Source: Malacoraja senta
Lineage: Eukaryota
Length of the DNA: 64,000 nucleotides
Reading direction: 5' to 3'
Assembly (NCBI GenBank): GCA_038087875.1
Contig: CM075988.1
Span: forward strand, 26,102,001 to 26,166,000
Below, in pieces: positions 1 through 10,192 of the stretch. A program made the position numbers and the translations under genes. A model generated the notes under the pieces. The model was not told the origin of the DNA and ran no database searches. It saw only the letters and a list, made by a program, of their open reading frames with translations. Within the stretch, counting starts at the first letter, position 1; each line of letters opens with the position of its first letter.

Positions 1-315
1 ATGTTGGGGGAGTCCAGAACCAGGGGCCACAGTTTAAGAATAAGGAGTAAGCCATTTAGAACGGAGACGAGGAAACACTTTTTCTCACAGAGAGTGGTGA
101 GTCTGTGGAATTCTCTGCCTCAGAGGGCGGTGGAGGCAGGTTCTCTGGATGCTTTCAAGAGAGAGCTAGATAGGGCTCTTAAAAATAGCGGAGTCAGGGG
201 ATATGGGGAGAAGGCAGGAACGGGGTACTGATTGGGGATGATCAGCCATGATCACATTGAATGGCGGTGCTGGCTCGAAGGGCCAAATGGCCTTCTCCTG
301 CACCTATTGTCTATT
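1..315 (+). mobile_element. CR1-clade LINE 3' end (young family)
   Basis: ORF2 C-terminus TRGHSLRI...FFSQRVVSLWNSLP...FKRELD and (ctattgt)n tail. Confidence 0.92.
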
Positions 316-319
316 GCCA

Positions 320-1210
320 CCCAAACCATCCCCTCCCAAGGTACTTTCCCCTGCAACCACAGGAGATGAAACACTTGTCTCTATACCTTCTCCATCACCT
401 CCAACCAGGGACACCAAGAGACCTTCCAGGTGACACAGAGGTTCAGGTGCACATCCTCTAACCTCATCTACTGCATCCGGTGTTACCAATGTGGACTCCT
501 GTACATCGGTGAGACCAAAAAGAAGACTTGGTGACAGTTTCACCGAACACTTGCACTCGGTCCACCAAGGACCACTGGATGTTCCGGTTGTTAAGTATTT
601 TAACTCCCCTTCCCATTCCCACGCTGACCTTTCTATCCTGGGCCTCCTCCATTGCCAGAGTGAGGCCACAAGCAAACTGAAGGAACAGCATCTCATATTG
701 CGCTTGGGTAGCTAATGCCCAATGGTATGAACATTGAATTCTCCAATTATAGGCAGCCTCTAACAACTCCCCTCCCCCATCTCCTCCACACCCTCCCCCC
801 TTTCTTTTCTCCCCCTCTCCCCCGTGCCCCATTGGACCCGCTCATATATCCCCCCTTCCTCTCCACCTACACCTGCATTCCTTCCTCTAGCTTCACAATT
901 GTATTTCACACCTCCTGTCATTTCATCACTGGCCTTTGTCCAATCATCTGCCCATACCCTCACCCCCCACCTGTGTTCACCTGTCCTGATCCTCCTCTCT
1001 TCCAGCTTTCTCCCCCCTCCTGTTCCTGAACCCGAAACGTCACCTATCCATGTTCTCCACAGATGCTGCCTGACCCGCTGAGTTACTCCAGCACTCTGTG
1101 AAACGTCACCTTTCCATGTTCTCCACAGATGCTGCCTGACCTGCTGAGTTACTCCAGCACATGGTATCTTTTTTTGTAAACTAACATCTGCAGTTCCTTG
1201 TTCCTACACT
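320..1210 (+). mobile_element. Penelope-like element fragment (degenerate GIY-YIG plus tandemly duplicated terminus)
   Basis: Frameshifted NLIYCIRC...YIGETK...EHLHSV...YFNSPSHS; terminal ~66-bp unit repeated at about 1033 and 1100. Confidence 0.85.
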
Positions 1211-1300
1211 TCCACTGCTCCTTTGCTCCAGTGCTGGTGGTCTTCATGTGGTGGTCACTGGCCAACTCTGTAGCCATGGCTCGCTGGATGCCATGTGGTC

Positions 1301-1605
1301 AGTTTAGCTTAGTTTAGAGATACAGCGAGGAAACAGGCCCTTCGGCCCACTGAGTCCGTGCCGACCAGCGATCCCCGCACACTAACACTATCCTACACAC
1401 ACTAGGGACAATTTACAATTTACAAAGCCAATTTGACTACAAACCTGTACGTCTTTGGAGTGTGGGAGGAAACCGGAGATTCCGGAGAAAACCCACGCAG
1501 GTCACGGGGAGAACGTACAAACTCCATACAGACAGCACCCGTAGTCAGGATGGAACCCGGGTCTCTGGCGCTGTGAGGCAGCAACTCTACCGCTGCGCCA
1601 CCGTG
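1301..1605 (-). mobile_element. tRNA-derived V-SINE (HE1-like), full length
   Basis: Head gcacggtggcgcagcggtagag (A box) and gggttccatcc (B box), V-domain gtgggttttctccgg...ttcctcccacactccaaagac, CR1-like tail ending (taaac)n. Confidence 0.88.
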
Positions 1606-3842
1606 CTGCCCCAGTGCGCCTGTTGTTGGAGGGCGACACACTCCTCTCGCTGTCACGGGGAAGGGTCTTTGCGCTGCGACTCGCTCCCCGGCAGCTGCAG
1701 TAACCATGAGCTATAGCTGCAAGCCAGGTCCTGATGGATAAGCTGCGAGGTGCCCCATCACATAGACTCCCCCCATTGTCAGAGTGAGGCCCAGCACAAA
1801 TTGGCGGAACAGCACCTCATATTTCTCTTGGGTAGTTTACACCCCAGCGGTATGAACATTGACTTCTCTAACTTCAGGTAGCCCTTGCTTTCTCTCTCCA
1901 TCCCCTTCCCAGTTCTCCCACTAGTCTTACTGTCTCCCTCCGGGGACGAATAAAGTTTTATGGTATCGGATCATGAGGAAGGAACACATTTAAAATAATT
2001 GTTTTAATTAGATACTCAAAACTTTTAATTCCATATTTCCAGCCCCCAGCAACTTTCTCAATAGTGTCAATAAACACAGATTTATAATTGAACTATATTA
2101 TTGAGCGTTACATTACATAACTTGGTAAAACTTGCACATTAGTTTCAAGTTATCACTCATTGTCCTTATTAAATGAAAGCTTTTTAACTCCTTGTTACAT
2201 GGGAACGCTAACTGCTTCACAGACTGAAGCATCTATGGAGCGAAGGAATAGGTGATGTTTCGGGTCGAGACCCAATCTCGACTCGAAACGTCACCTATTC
2301 CTTCGCTCCATAGATGCTGTCTCACCCGCTGAGTTTCTCCAGCAATTTTGTCTACCGTCGATTTTTCCAGCATCTGCAGTTCTTTCTTAACCCCTTCACA
2401 GTCTGAAGCACTGGAATGGGATGGAAGGGAAGGTTTGCTACACATTTACTTCCATCTGCATGTCGCGAACAATCCTCACAATCTTATTCACTGCAGATGT
2501 TTTGGAAGTGAAGTTGGGGTCATTTGTCTTATGTAACGCATGTATCTAAGAACAGAGAATAATCGCACATTAATTGAATCATTGCATTCCACAAATTGTG
2601 CTGCAATTGTGCTTACGTAAGGCCAATTGTCTCCACACCCTTGCTAGACTTCAGTGCTTGAAGAATGTTGGAATTCTGGGACATATAAATGTCATCGAAT
2701 TATAAAAAGCAAGGAAGGTCAGAATCCTTCAGATATGATTTACATAACTGTCCTGTTCACTAATTGGTTATATTTATAGTTCATAATTATGATGAATGAC
2801 GTAATTGATGGTTATTTGGATAACTGATCTGGTTAACTGTTGCGGTTGAATGGGTATTGGTGTTGATTGGTGAAGACTGATGATGGTTTATGACGATCAG
2901 TGCCGTTTCATGGAGGAATTTTCATTCATTGATCTTTGGGATGTGGGTGTTGCTGGAATGGTCCCCAACTACTGACTGTCCATCACCAACCCAAGGAGCT
3001 CACCTTGATGATGCTGCCACACAGCTGGGGGGGAGGGAGGATCAGCAGGAATGAGGAAGCAGGAAGTCTTTCCAAGTCAGGGTGGCGTGGGGCCACCTGC
3101 AGGGGTTACATGCTGGTTGGGGTTTTCCCATGAACCTGCTGCCCTTGTCCTTCCTGGTGGGAGAGCTCACAGGGCTTTGCAGGGCTGGCAGAGTAAATGG
3201 ATCTGGTGGTGGAAGGAAGGGATAGTTATAGGCAGTGGATAGTCAGATGCCAACTACCCGAAACATGAACACTGAACCCAGTCATCAGTCACAGGAACGA
3301 TTTTGCAGAAGACGGTGGAGTAATGTCGGTGTCTGGACACTGATAGGAAGAGAAAATAAACTGGAAGCAACAAGATGTTGGTCAACAGGTCAATGTTATG
3401 AAGGAGAGAAGCTGAATCCATCAGTACATGGTTGTAGAGACAAGGAACGTCAGACGTTCGAATCTTGAGCAAAACCCAAGGACTGGAGGAAATCAATAGG
3501 TCAGGCAGCATCTGTGGAAGAATGGACAGGCGATGTTTCAAGTTGGGGCCCTTCGTCTGACTGATTATAGAAGGGGGGAGGGGTGGGACAAAGTCTAGAA
3601 AGTGATGGGTGGATACAGGTGATTAGGGGTTTGACTGGCAGAGATGGGTGGAATAAGGGACAAAGGCTAGAGATGAAAAGGAAATAAAAGGAGGTCAGAT
3701 AAGGAGAGAAGAGGATTGAAATATGAAGAGTGAGGGATGGGACCCAGCTCCACCCAGCTCCACCAAGGCAGTGGCTATGTTTCTGGCATGCGATTGAGAA
3801 ACATACCCATCCATTAGAAAAAGAGTAATGGGGGTAAACAAG

Positions 3843-4415
3843 GTGTGTGTCACAGTGTGTGTGTGTGTGTGTTTGTGTTTGTGTCAGTNNNNNNNNNNNN
3901 NNNNNNNNNNNNNNNNNNNNNNNNNNNNNNNNNNNNNNNNNNNNNNNNNNNNNNNNNNNNNNNNNNNNNNNNNNNNNNNNNNNNNNNNNNNNNNNNNNNN
4001 NNNNNNNNNNNNNNNNNNNNNNNNNNNNNNNNNNNNNNNNNNNNNNNNNNNNNNNNNNNNNNNNNNNNNNNNNNNNNNNNNNNNNNNNNNNNNNNNNNNN
4101 NNNNNNNNNNNNNNNNNNNNNNNNNNNNNNNNNNNNNNNNNNNNNNNNNNNNNNNNNNNNNNNNNNNNNNNNNNNNNNNNNNNNNNNNNNNNNNNNNNNN
4201 NNNNNNNNGTGTCAGTGTGTGTGTTTGTCAGNNNNNNNNNNNNNNNNNNNNNNNNNNNNNNNNNNNNNNNNNNNNNNNNNNNNNNNNNNNNNNNNNNNNN
4301 NNNNNNNNNNNNNNNNNNNNNNNNNNNNNNNNNNNNNNNNNNNNNNNNNNNNNNNNNNNNNNNNNNNNNNNNNNNTCAGTGTGTGTGTGTGTGTGTCAGT
4401 GTGTGTGTGTGTCTG
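3843..4415 (+). repeat. (TG)n / GTGTCA microsatellite spanning N gaps
   Basis: Directly visible. Confidence 0.9.
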
Positions 4416-4967
4416 CATGCAGGGGGAATGTAGAGACTAAACACAAACAGCAGCCGAGGTGAGGATTGAACCGGGGTCTGTGGCGTTGTGAGGCAGTGGC
4501 TCTTGTAGCTGTGACATTACGCTGTCCTGGGGCATTGCATGGGTCAGGGATTTCCAGGACTTGCAGAGAGAGAGGCGATGGTTGTTTATAAGAGCAACAG
4601 TTTCTTTCTCCTTAACCCAGCATTTCAAGCTTTAAGATTCATCTTTCATGAATGACTGAATCTTTCACCTGATTTCCCTTTTTGTTTGTGAGGGGAGAAT
4701 AATTTTCCCATTTGGCCAGTGTATTTATGTAATACATTTAAGCTTTGTAGTTAATTCCCTTGAAATTATATAAAAGTTGCGCTCTGCTTCATTGCTGCCT
4801 CTTGCTAACCTGAAGGCAATAACTCACGGTTGCTAAGAAACAGCAGGTGATAAAGGGCAGGCAGCGCCTTCTTTTCAAGGTCACCATCGCTTCTGTTATG
4901 TCAGCACATTTTTTATCAAACCTTTTCGCCACAAGTCTGAGAGGTCAGTGAGAAAGACAGAAAGTGA

Positions 4968-5245
4968 GAGATACAGCGCGGAAACAGGCCCTTCTACCCC
5001 ACTGAGTCCGCACCAACCAGTGATCCCCACACACCAACACTATCCTACACACAATTTAAAATGTTTACTGAAGCCAATTAACCTACAAACCTGCTCGTCT
5101 TTGGAGTGTGGGAGGAAACCGGAGCACCCGGAGAAAACCCACGCAGGTCACGGGGAGAACGTACAGACAAGCACCCGTAGTCGGGATTGAACCCGGGTCT
5201 CTGGCGCTGTGAGGCAGCAGCTCTACCCGCTGTGCCACCGTGCCG
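4968..5245 (-). mobile_element. HE1-like SINE
   Basis: Homologous to 1301-1605. Confidence 0.85.
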
Positions 5246-5781
5246 CCCTCAACCTCCACTGGGTGGTATGCCATGACGTGACTAGGCTTCACCCTTTAGC
5301 AGCCACCTGTGCTGCCGGCTAGTAATCAGAGATGCGGGAAGGGATCGGGGTCCGTGGGGTACGTGGGCTCTGGGTGGGGAGCAGGGGGTCTTTCCTCCAG
5401 ACACCCAGCGGAGAGAAGGTTGCTCTCCGTCCACAGTTGAAGGTTTGTGCCTCTGCCAACACTGACCAATCTGAACCATGCACGTCCCACACCGTGTCAG
5501 GGCAATGGACAACTTCCAATCCTGCATGTCGGTCTGTCAGCTGTCCTTGAGACCTTGCATGGCTTTTAATCAGCTTATGGTTGCCTTGGTTACAGTTCTC
5601 CATGGCTCTCAGCTCCTGATTAGACCTAGTTTTCCTTTTTCCCCTGGAAGGTCCTGCGGTCAACATCACCCTGGATAAGAGGACAGCCTGGATAATCTCA
5701 AGGGTGTGTTATTGTCATATGTCCCAGATAGAACAAGGTCATTCTTGCTTGCAGCAGCACAACTTACCATGGACGGCAGAG

Positions 5782-6085
5782 TTTTACTTTAGAGATACAG
5801 CATGGAAACAGGCCCATCGGCCCACTGAGTCCACGCCAACCATCGATCACCCCGTTCTATGTTATTCCACTTTCTCAGCTAATCTCTGCACATGAGGAGC
5901 AATCTTACCGAGGACAATTAACCTACAAACCCGTACGTCTTTGAGATGTGGACGGAAACTGGAGTACCCAAGGGAAACTCACACGATCACAGGGAGAACA
6001 TGCAAACTCCACACAGACAGCACCCAAGGTCATGTTTGAACCCGAGTCTCTGGCACTTGGAGGCAGCAGCTCTACCTGCTGCATC
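5782..6085 (-). mobile_element. HE1-like SINE
   Basis: Homologous to 1301-1605. Confidence 0.8.
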
Positions 6086-6349
6086 ATTGCTCCAACTCTT
6101 TCCAAATACTGAGGTACAAGCCACCTGTTACAGGAGCCCAGGGCACTTATCCAGAATATTACACTCGCTTGACTAGTCTTGTAAAGAAACACTTGTGGAA
6201 AGACATGAAATAAAACAGAAACTGCTTTAAATACTGAGAAACCAATGTGGTAATTGGAAAGAACCAGACGCTGTGGGTTTGGTCACTTTTCTCAGTAATT
6301 GTCAATTTGCAAGAATTGCCCAGGGTTCTCTGGGAATTAACAATCGATC

Positions 6350-6403
6350 GGGGTGGAAGATTGCAACCTTCACGTGGTCCACCCTGTTTCGACTAATGCA
6401 ATC
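6350..6403 (+). ncRNA. Minimal HDV-like (CPEB3-like) self-cleaving ribozyme
   Basis: P1 GGGGTGG(6350-56)/CCACCCT(6379-85) with G1.U wobble; P2 GATTGCA(6359-65)/TGCAATC(6397-403); P3 ACC/GGT; L3 TTCACGT; G6386 for P1.1; tiny P4 T-TTCG-A; J4/2 CTAA with putative catalytic C6393. Confidence 0.88.
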
Positions 6404-6484
6404 AACTCGACGTGCACAAACGGAAGATCAAATAGAACAAGTTGTCCAACAAGTTTAGGCTGTGCACGCCACACGAAAGAAGAC
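6350..6484 (+). mobile_element. Ribozyme-headed short non-autonomous retroelement (Vingi/Ingi-type SINE), full length
   Basis: Starts at ribozyme G1 and ends ccacacgaaagaaga; flanked by caatcgatc (6341-49) and caattgatc (6485-93), a probable TSD; second copy at 19915-20046. Confidence 0.8.
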
Positions 6485-6829
6485 CAATTGATCTTTCCGA
6501 AACCGTGGTGGGTAAAAACCTTGGAGAAAGTCACGGAGGGGGTCACTGACCCTCGGACTATCCTTGATCGGACTTTACTGGCTTTACCTTGCACTAAATG
6601 TCATTCCCTTACCATGATTCTATACACTGTAAATGGCTCGATTGTAATCATGTATTGTCTTTCCGCTGACTGGTTAGCACACAACAAAAGCTTTTCACTG
6701 CACCTCGGTACACGTGGCAATTAACTGAACTGAACCGAAACAATAGTATTTTTCATTTTCCTTGGAGGATACAAAAGGCTATTTTAAGTGGGCAGAATGA
6801 TGGGGAAATGACATGAGCAAAGCTTCATG

Positions 6830-7280
6830 AGTTAGACCGAGCAGCCTCAAGTCACGGCACCCCTTTGCCACGCAAGCCCGGGGGCTGCTCTGCACAACAC
6901 CGGCTGACGCATCTGGGGCTGCCTGGGTCGGGACGGGATGGAGAGACCAGTGGAAGTCAGCGGAACCATCTAGGCTACACCATTGCATCGATGACCCCAT
7001 GGACGTCCCTGGCCAAGACCTGCCCCGAAAGCAGTGGACAACCCTCAACCGCTTGGGGACAGGCATCAGGCGCTATGGAGTGGCGATGAAGAGGTGGGGC
7101 CTCGTGGACAGCGAGTGCCTCCTGCGAGTGTGGGGACAGTGGAGCACATGGTCACCAGTTGCCCCAAACACCGGCCACCGAATGATGAACGAGGTCTGAT
7201 TGACCTGGACGATGACACGTTGGCCTGGCTCGCCTCAACGGAGCTGCAGGTCTAACAGACACACGACAGAAGAAGAAGCA
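6830..7280 (+). mobile_element. 3' fragment of a Vingi/Ingi-like LINE ORF (C-terminal zinc-knuckle region)
   Basis: Frameshifted PGQDLPRKQWTTLNRLGTG...MKRWG...C.CG...EHMVTSCP...LAWL*, followed by the tail cacacgacagaagaagaag. Clade assignment is from recall. Confidence 0.7.
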
Positions 7281-7714
7281 GAGCTGGCAGTTGTACTGTA
7301 GGTACACAATGTGAAATAGTGTTCTGAGAAATGTCATCCACCTGAAATATTATCTCTTGTTCCTTTTCCCACAGATGCTGCCTGTTCTGCTAAACCCTTT
7401 ATTATTATTTCAGGAATCTCTCCTCCCCTATCGATGCTTCAACAACCTCATGTAATCCCTGTGTGAAACTCTCAACTAATGAGGAATGAAATTTCGTTTT
7501 AGTTTTAGTTAGGAGATACAGCATGGAAACAGGCTGTTTGGCTCACCGAGTCCACGCCAACCAGCGATCATGTTGCAGTTATATAAGATGTTGGTGATGC
7601 CACATTTAGAGTATTGTGTTCAAACATAACCCAATACTTAATCTTCTCTTGCAAATGTAACTTGTTATGGTTTAATTTGAGACAAACAGAAAAAAAACAA
7701 CTATCAATGTATCA

Positions 7715-8311
7715 ATTTTAATAACTCATTCCATTTATTTTTCAAGGTATTATTTTACAATTGTCCTTTCCTGCTGTGAGTGAAGTCACTGAACAACCAC
7801 ACACACACACACACACACAGACACAGTGACCAACTGACAGTGCTATACACCAATATTAATCACACTCTACTTAACACAGAGACATCAGTGCAACAACACC
7901 TTACTGTGGATGGGATGGAGTAACTGAGCCCCACCCTGCTCATATTTACTGCGCTCACACGTGTAAACAAACACACACACACGTACACGCACGCATCCAC
8001 ACATGGTTATGCAAGTACATTCTGGCAATACTGGAATATATCAAACTGAACACAACTGCTACTAACTACCCGACAAATATGCACATTTTGAAGATGACCA
8101 TCGCACGGTAACATGGGATAATCCACGGACATGCCACAAGATCGGTACATCATTTACTGCTACCAGTGCGTATATGTTTTAATTCAAGAACCGTGAAGTT
8201 ACTGAGCAACGCTTGGAGTCGCTGCATCGTCAGGAGTGTTAGTGAGGGGTCTTCAAAGACCTGTCCAAGATGCAACCATTCCGTAGCTTCAGATCTCTTG
8301 TTGACTTGTCC
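7715..8311 (-). other. FXYD6: Probable FXYD6 terminal 3' UTR exon with poly(A) signal
   Basis: Acceptor gctttcttgtaccag at 8312-8313; transposon-free sequence; AATAAA (minus strand) at 7734-7739 and ATTAAA near 7717-7722. Confidence 0.6.
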
Positions 8312-10160
8312 CTGGTACAAGAAAGCAGACACACAAGGTATTTAACACATGTGTAGGAAGGAACTGCAAATCGTAGACACAAAATGCTGGAGTAACTCAG
8401 CGGGACAGGCAGCATCTCTGGAGAGAAGGAATGGGTGTCGTTGCGGGTCGAGACCCTTCTTCAGACTGGTCAGATATTTAAGATAGTTCAATGCTGGGAT
8501 TTATTTATTTATTTCTCTCTCTCATTTTCCTGGGGACGATGTCTCGTTTCCGGGAAGCACCATCAGGTTGTTGGAAATCCTCACCGGGGTTCGACACGTG
8601 AAATATCAAAACCCGACCTTCCCAAACTAGTTTTGCTGCTCCGGTGTTGGAGACGCAGTTGGCTCTTTACTCTATTCTCCACTCTAATTATAAACACTGA
8701 CTGATTCGTCTTCAGTGTGCCACACCCCAATGTGAAATCTAAAGTTCAAAATGGGCAGTAAAGCACTTGGCAAAAAGTGGAGTGCGTTCCTGTTATGGTA
8801 CGTAATAGCTACTTCCATACAGCCATCGGGCTATTAAACTTGGCTCGGACAAAACTCCGAACATTAATAGCCCATTATCAGTTTATTTATTCATGTGTGT
8901 ATATATTTATATAATGATATATGGACACACTGATCTGTTCTGTATTCATGCCTTCTGTATTCTGTTGTGCTGAAGCAAAGCAAGAATTTCATTGTCCTAT
9001 CTGGGACACATGACAATAAGCTCTCTTGAATTCTTCTTGAACTTGTGTATGAAGTCTGTGTCATCTTGTGGTCCTGCCTCATGGTTATCAGGGGTAAGAT
9101 TCATGCCCCTCTATCTATAGTTACGTATCATGAATTACAGCAAAGAAACAGACCAACGTCTTTGTTTCAGTTCTAATGCTCCACAAGCCTATGGACATCT
9201 TATTTAATTTTGTAGCACAAACTTCATATTGTCATTTTGCTTTATTTCCAACAAGAACCTTGTTCTCAGGACCAGCGCGTTCTTCCTGATTTCTCTCATG
9301 TATGTCTTAGATCTGCTTTATTTCATCTGTGCTTCTTCCTGAAGATTAATAGGTCGGGTTATTAACAAGTAGAAGTTTAAGAAAGAACTGCAGATGCTGG
9401 AAAAATCGAAGGTAGATAAAAATGCTGGAGAAACTCAGAGGGTGAGGCAGCATCTATGGAGGGAAGGTTCCTTTGCTCCATAGATGCTGCCTCACCCGCT
9501 GAGTTTCTCCAGCATTTTTATCTACCTTTAACAAGGAGATGTGTCTGTTCTTAGCCTTTGTTAGACACAGCGGATCGCACTCGGGGAGAACCTGTTCTAT
9601 TAACAGGAGGCAATGTTAAATCTGACTCCAGAAACACACCACTATTTGTGAGCTGACTGTGCCGTGGTTCTGCCTGATCTGATCCCCTTGTCAACATAGT
9701 AATGTGTGTGAGAAGCTGGACTTTCACATTGCAACAGAACGGACTGCTGTCAACTGGACCTGACTCGATGGTTGTGAGTAGACCCGTCCTAGGCTCAGGA
9801 AGCCAGGTAGAATGTATCCTGCCTGCCACGTACTAACCTTTAGTTTTAGCAATCAAGACACAGCATGGAAACAGGCCCTTCAGCCCACCACATCCATGCT
9901 GACCATCAATCACCCATTCACACTAGTTCTATGTTATTCCACTTTCCCATCCACTCCCTACACAAAAGGCATGATTACAGAGGCTAATTAACCTACAGAC
10001 CCACCTGTTATTGGGATGAGGGAGGAAACCGGAGCACCCGGAGGAAACCCACGCGGGGCTGTGCCATGGAAATCTCTGCCAGGTGCAGAAGAACCTTCTG
10101 GAATTTGGTGGCACAAATTGGAAGTAAATGGGATCAGGGTCTTACCGTGATGGGTCCTCT

Positions 10161-10192
10161 TCAGTTCTCGACCTTGGCTGCTGTTTCTGTTG
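10161..10192 (-). CDS. FXYD6: FXYD6 last coding exon ([10 protein letters not shown]; whole exon 10146-10192)
   Basis: Acceptor ctctttgtttaaag; TGA followed 15 nt later by donor ACG|gtaaga. Confidence 0.92.

Noticed and set aside
1033-1161. Direct repeats resembling a CRISPR array
   Set aside because: Tandem duplication of a Penelope terminus in a vertebrate genome; no spacers and no cas genes.
1540-1605. tRNA-like sequences with A and B boxes
   Set aside because: They are SINE heads, continuous with the V-domain and LINE-like tail, not tRNA genes.
8560-8625. Minus-strand TTCACGT motif with flanking pairing, resembling an HDV L3
   Set aside because: No room for a P2 strand between P1 and P3 and no G1; it is only a simple hairpin.
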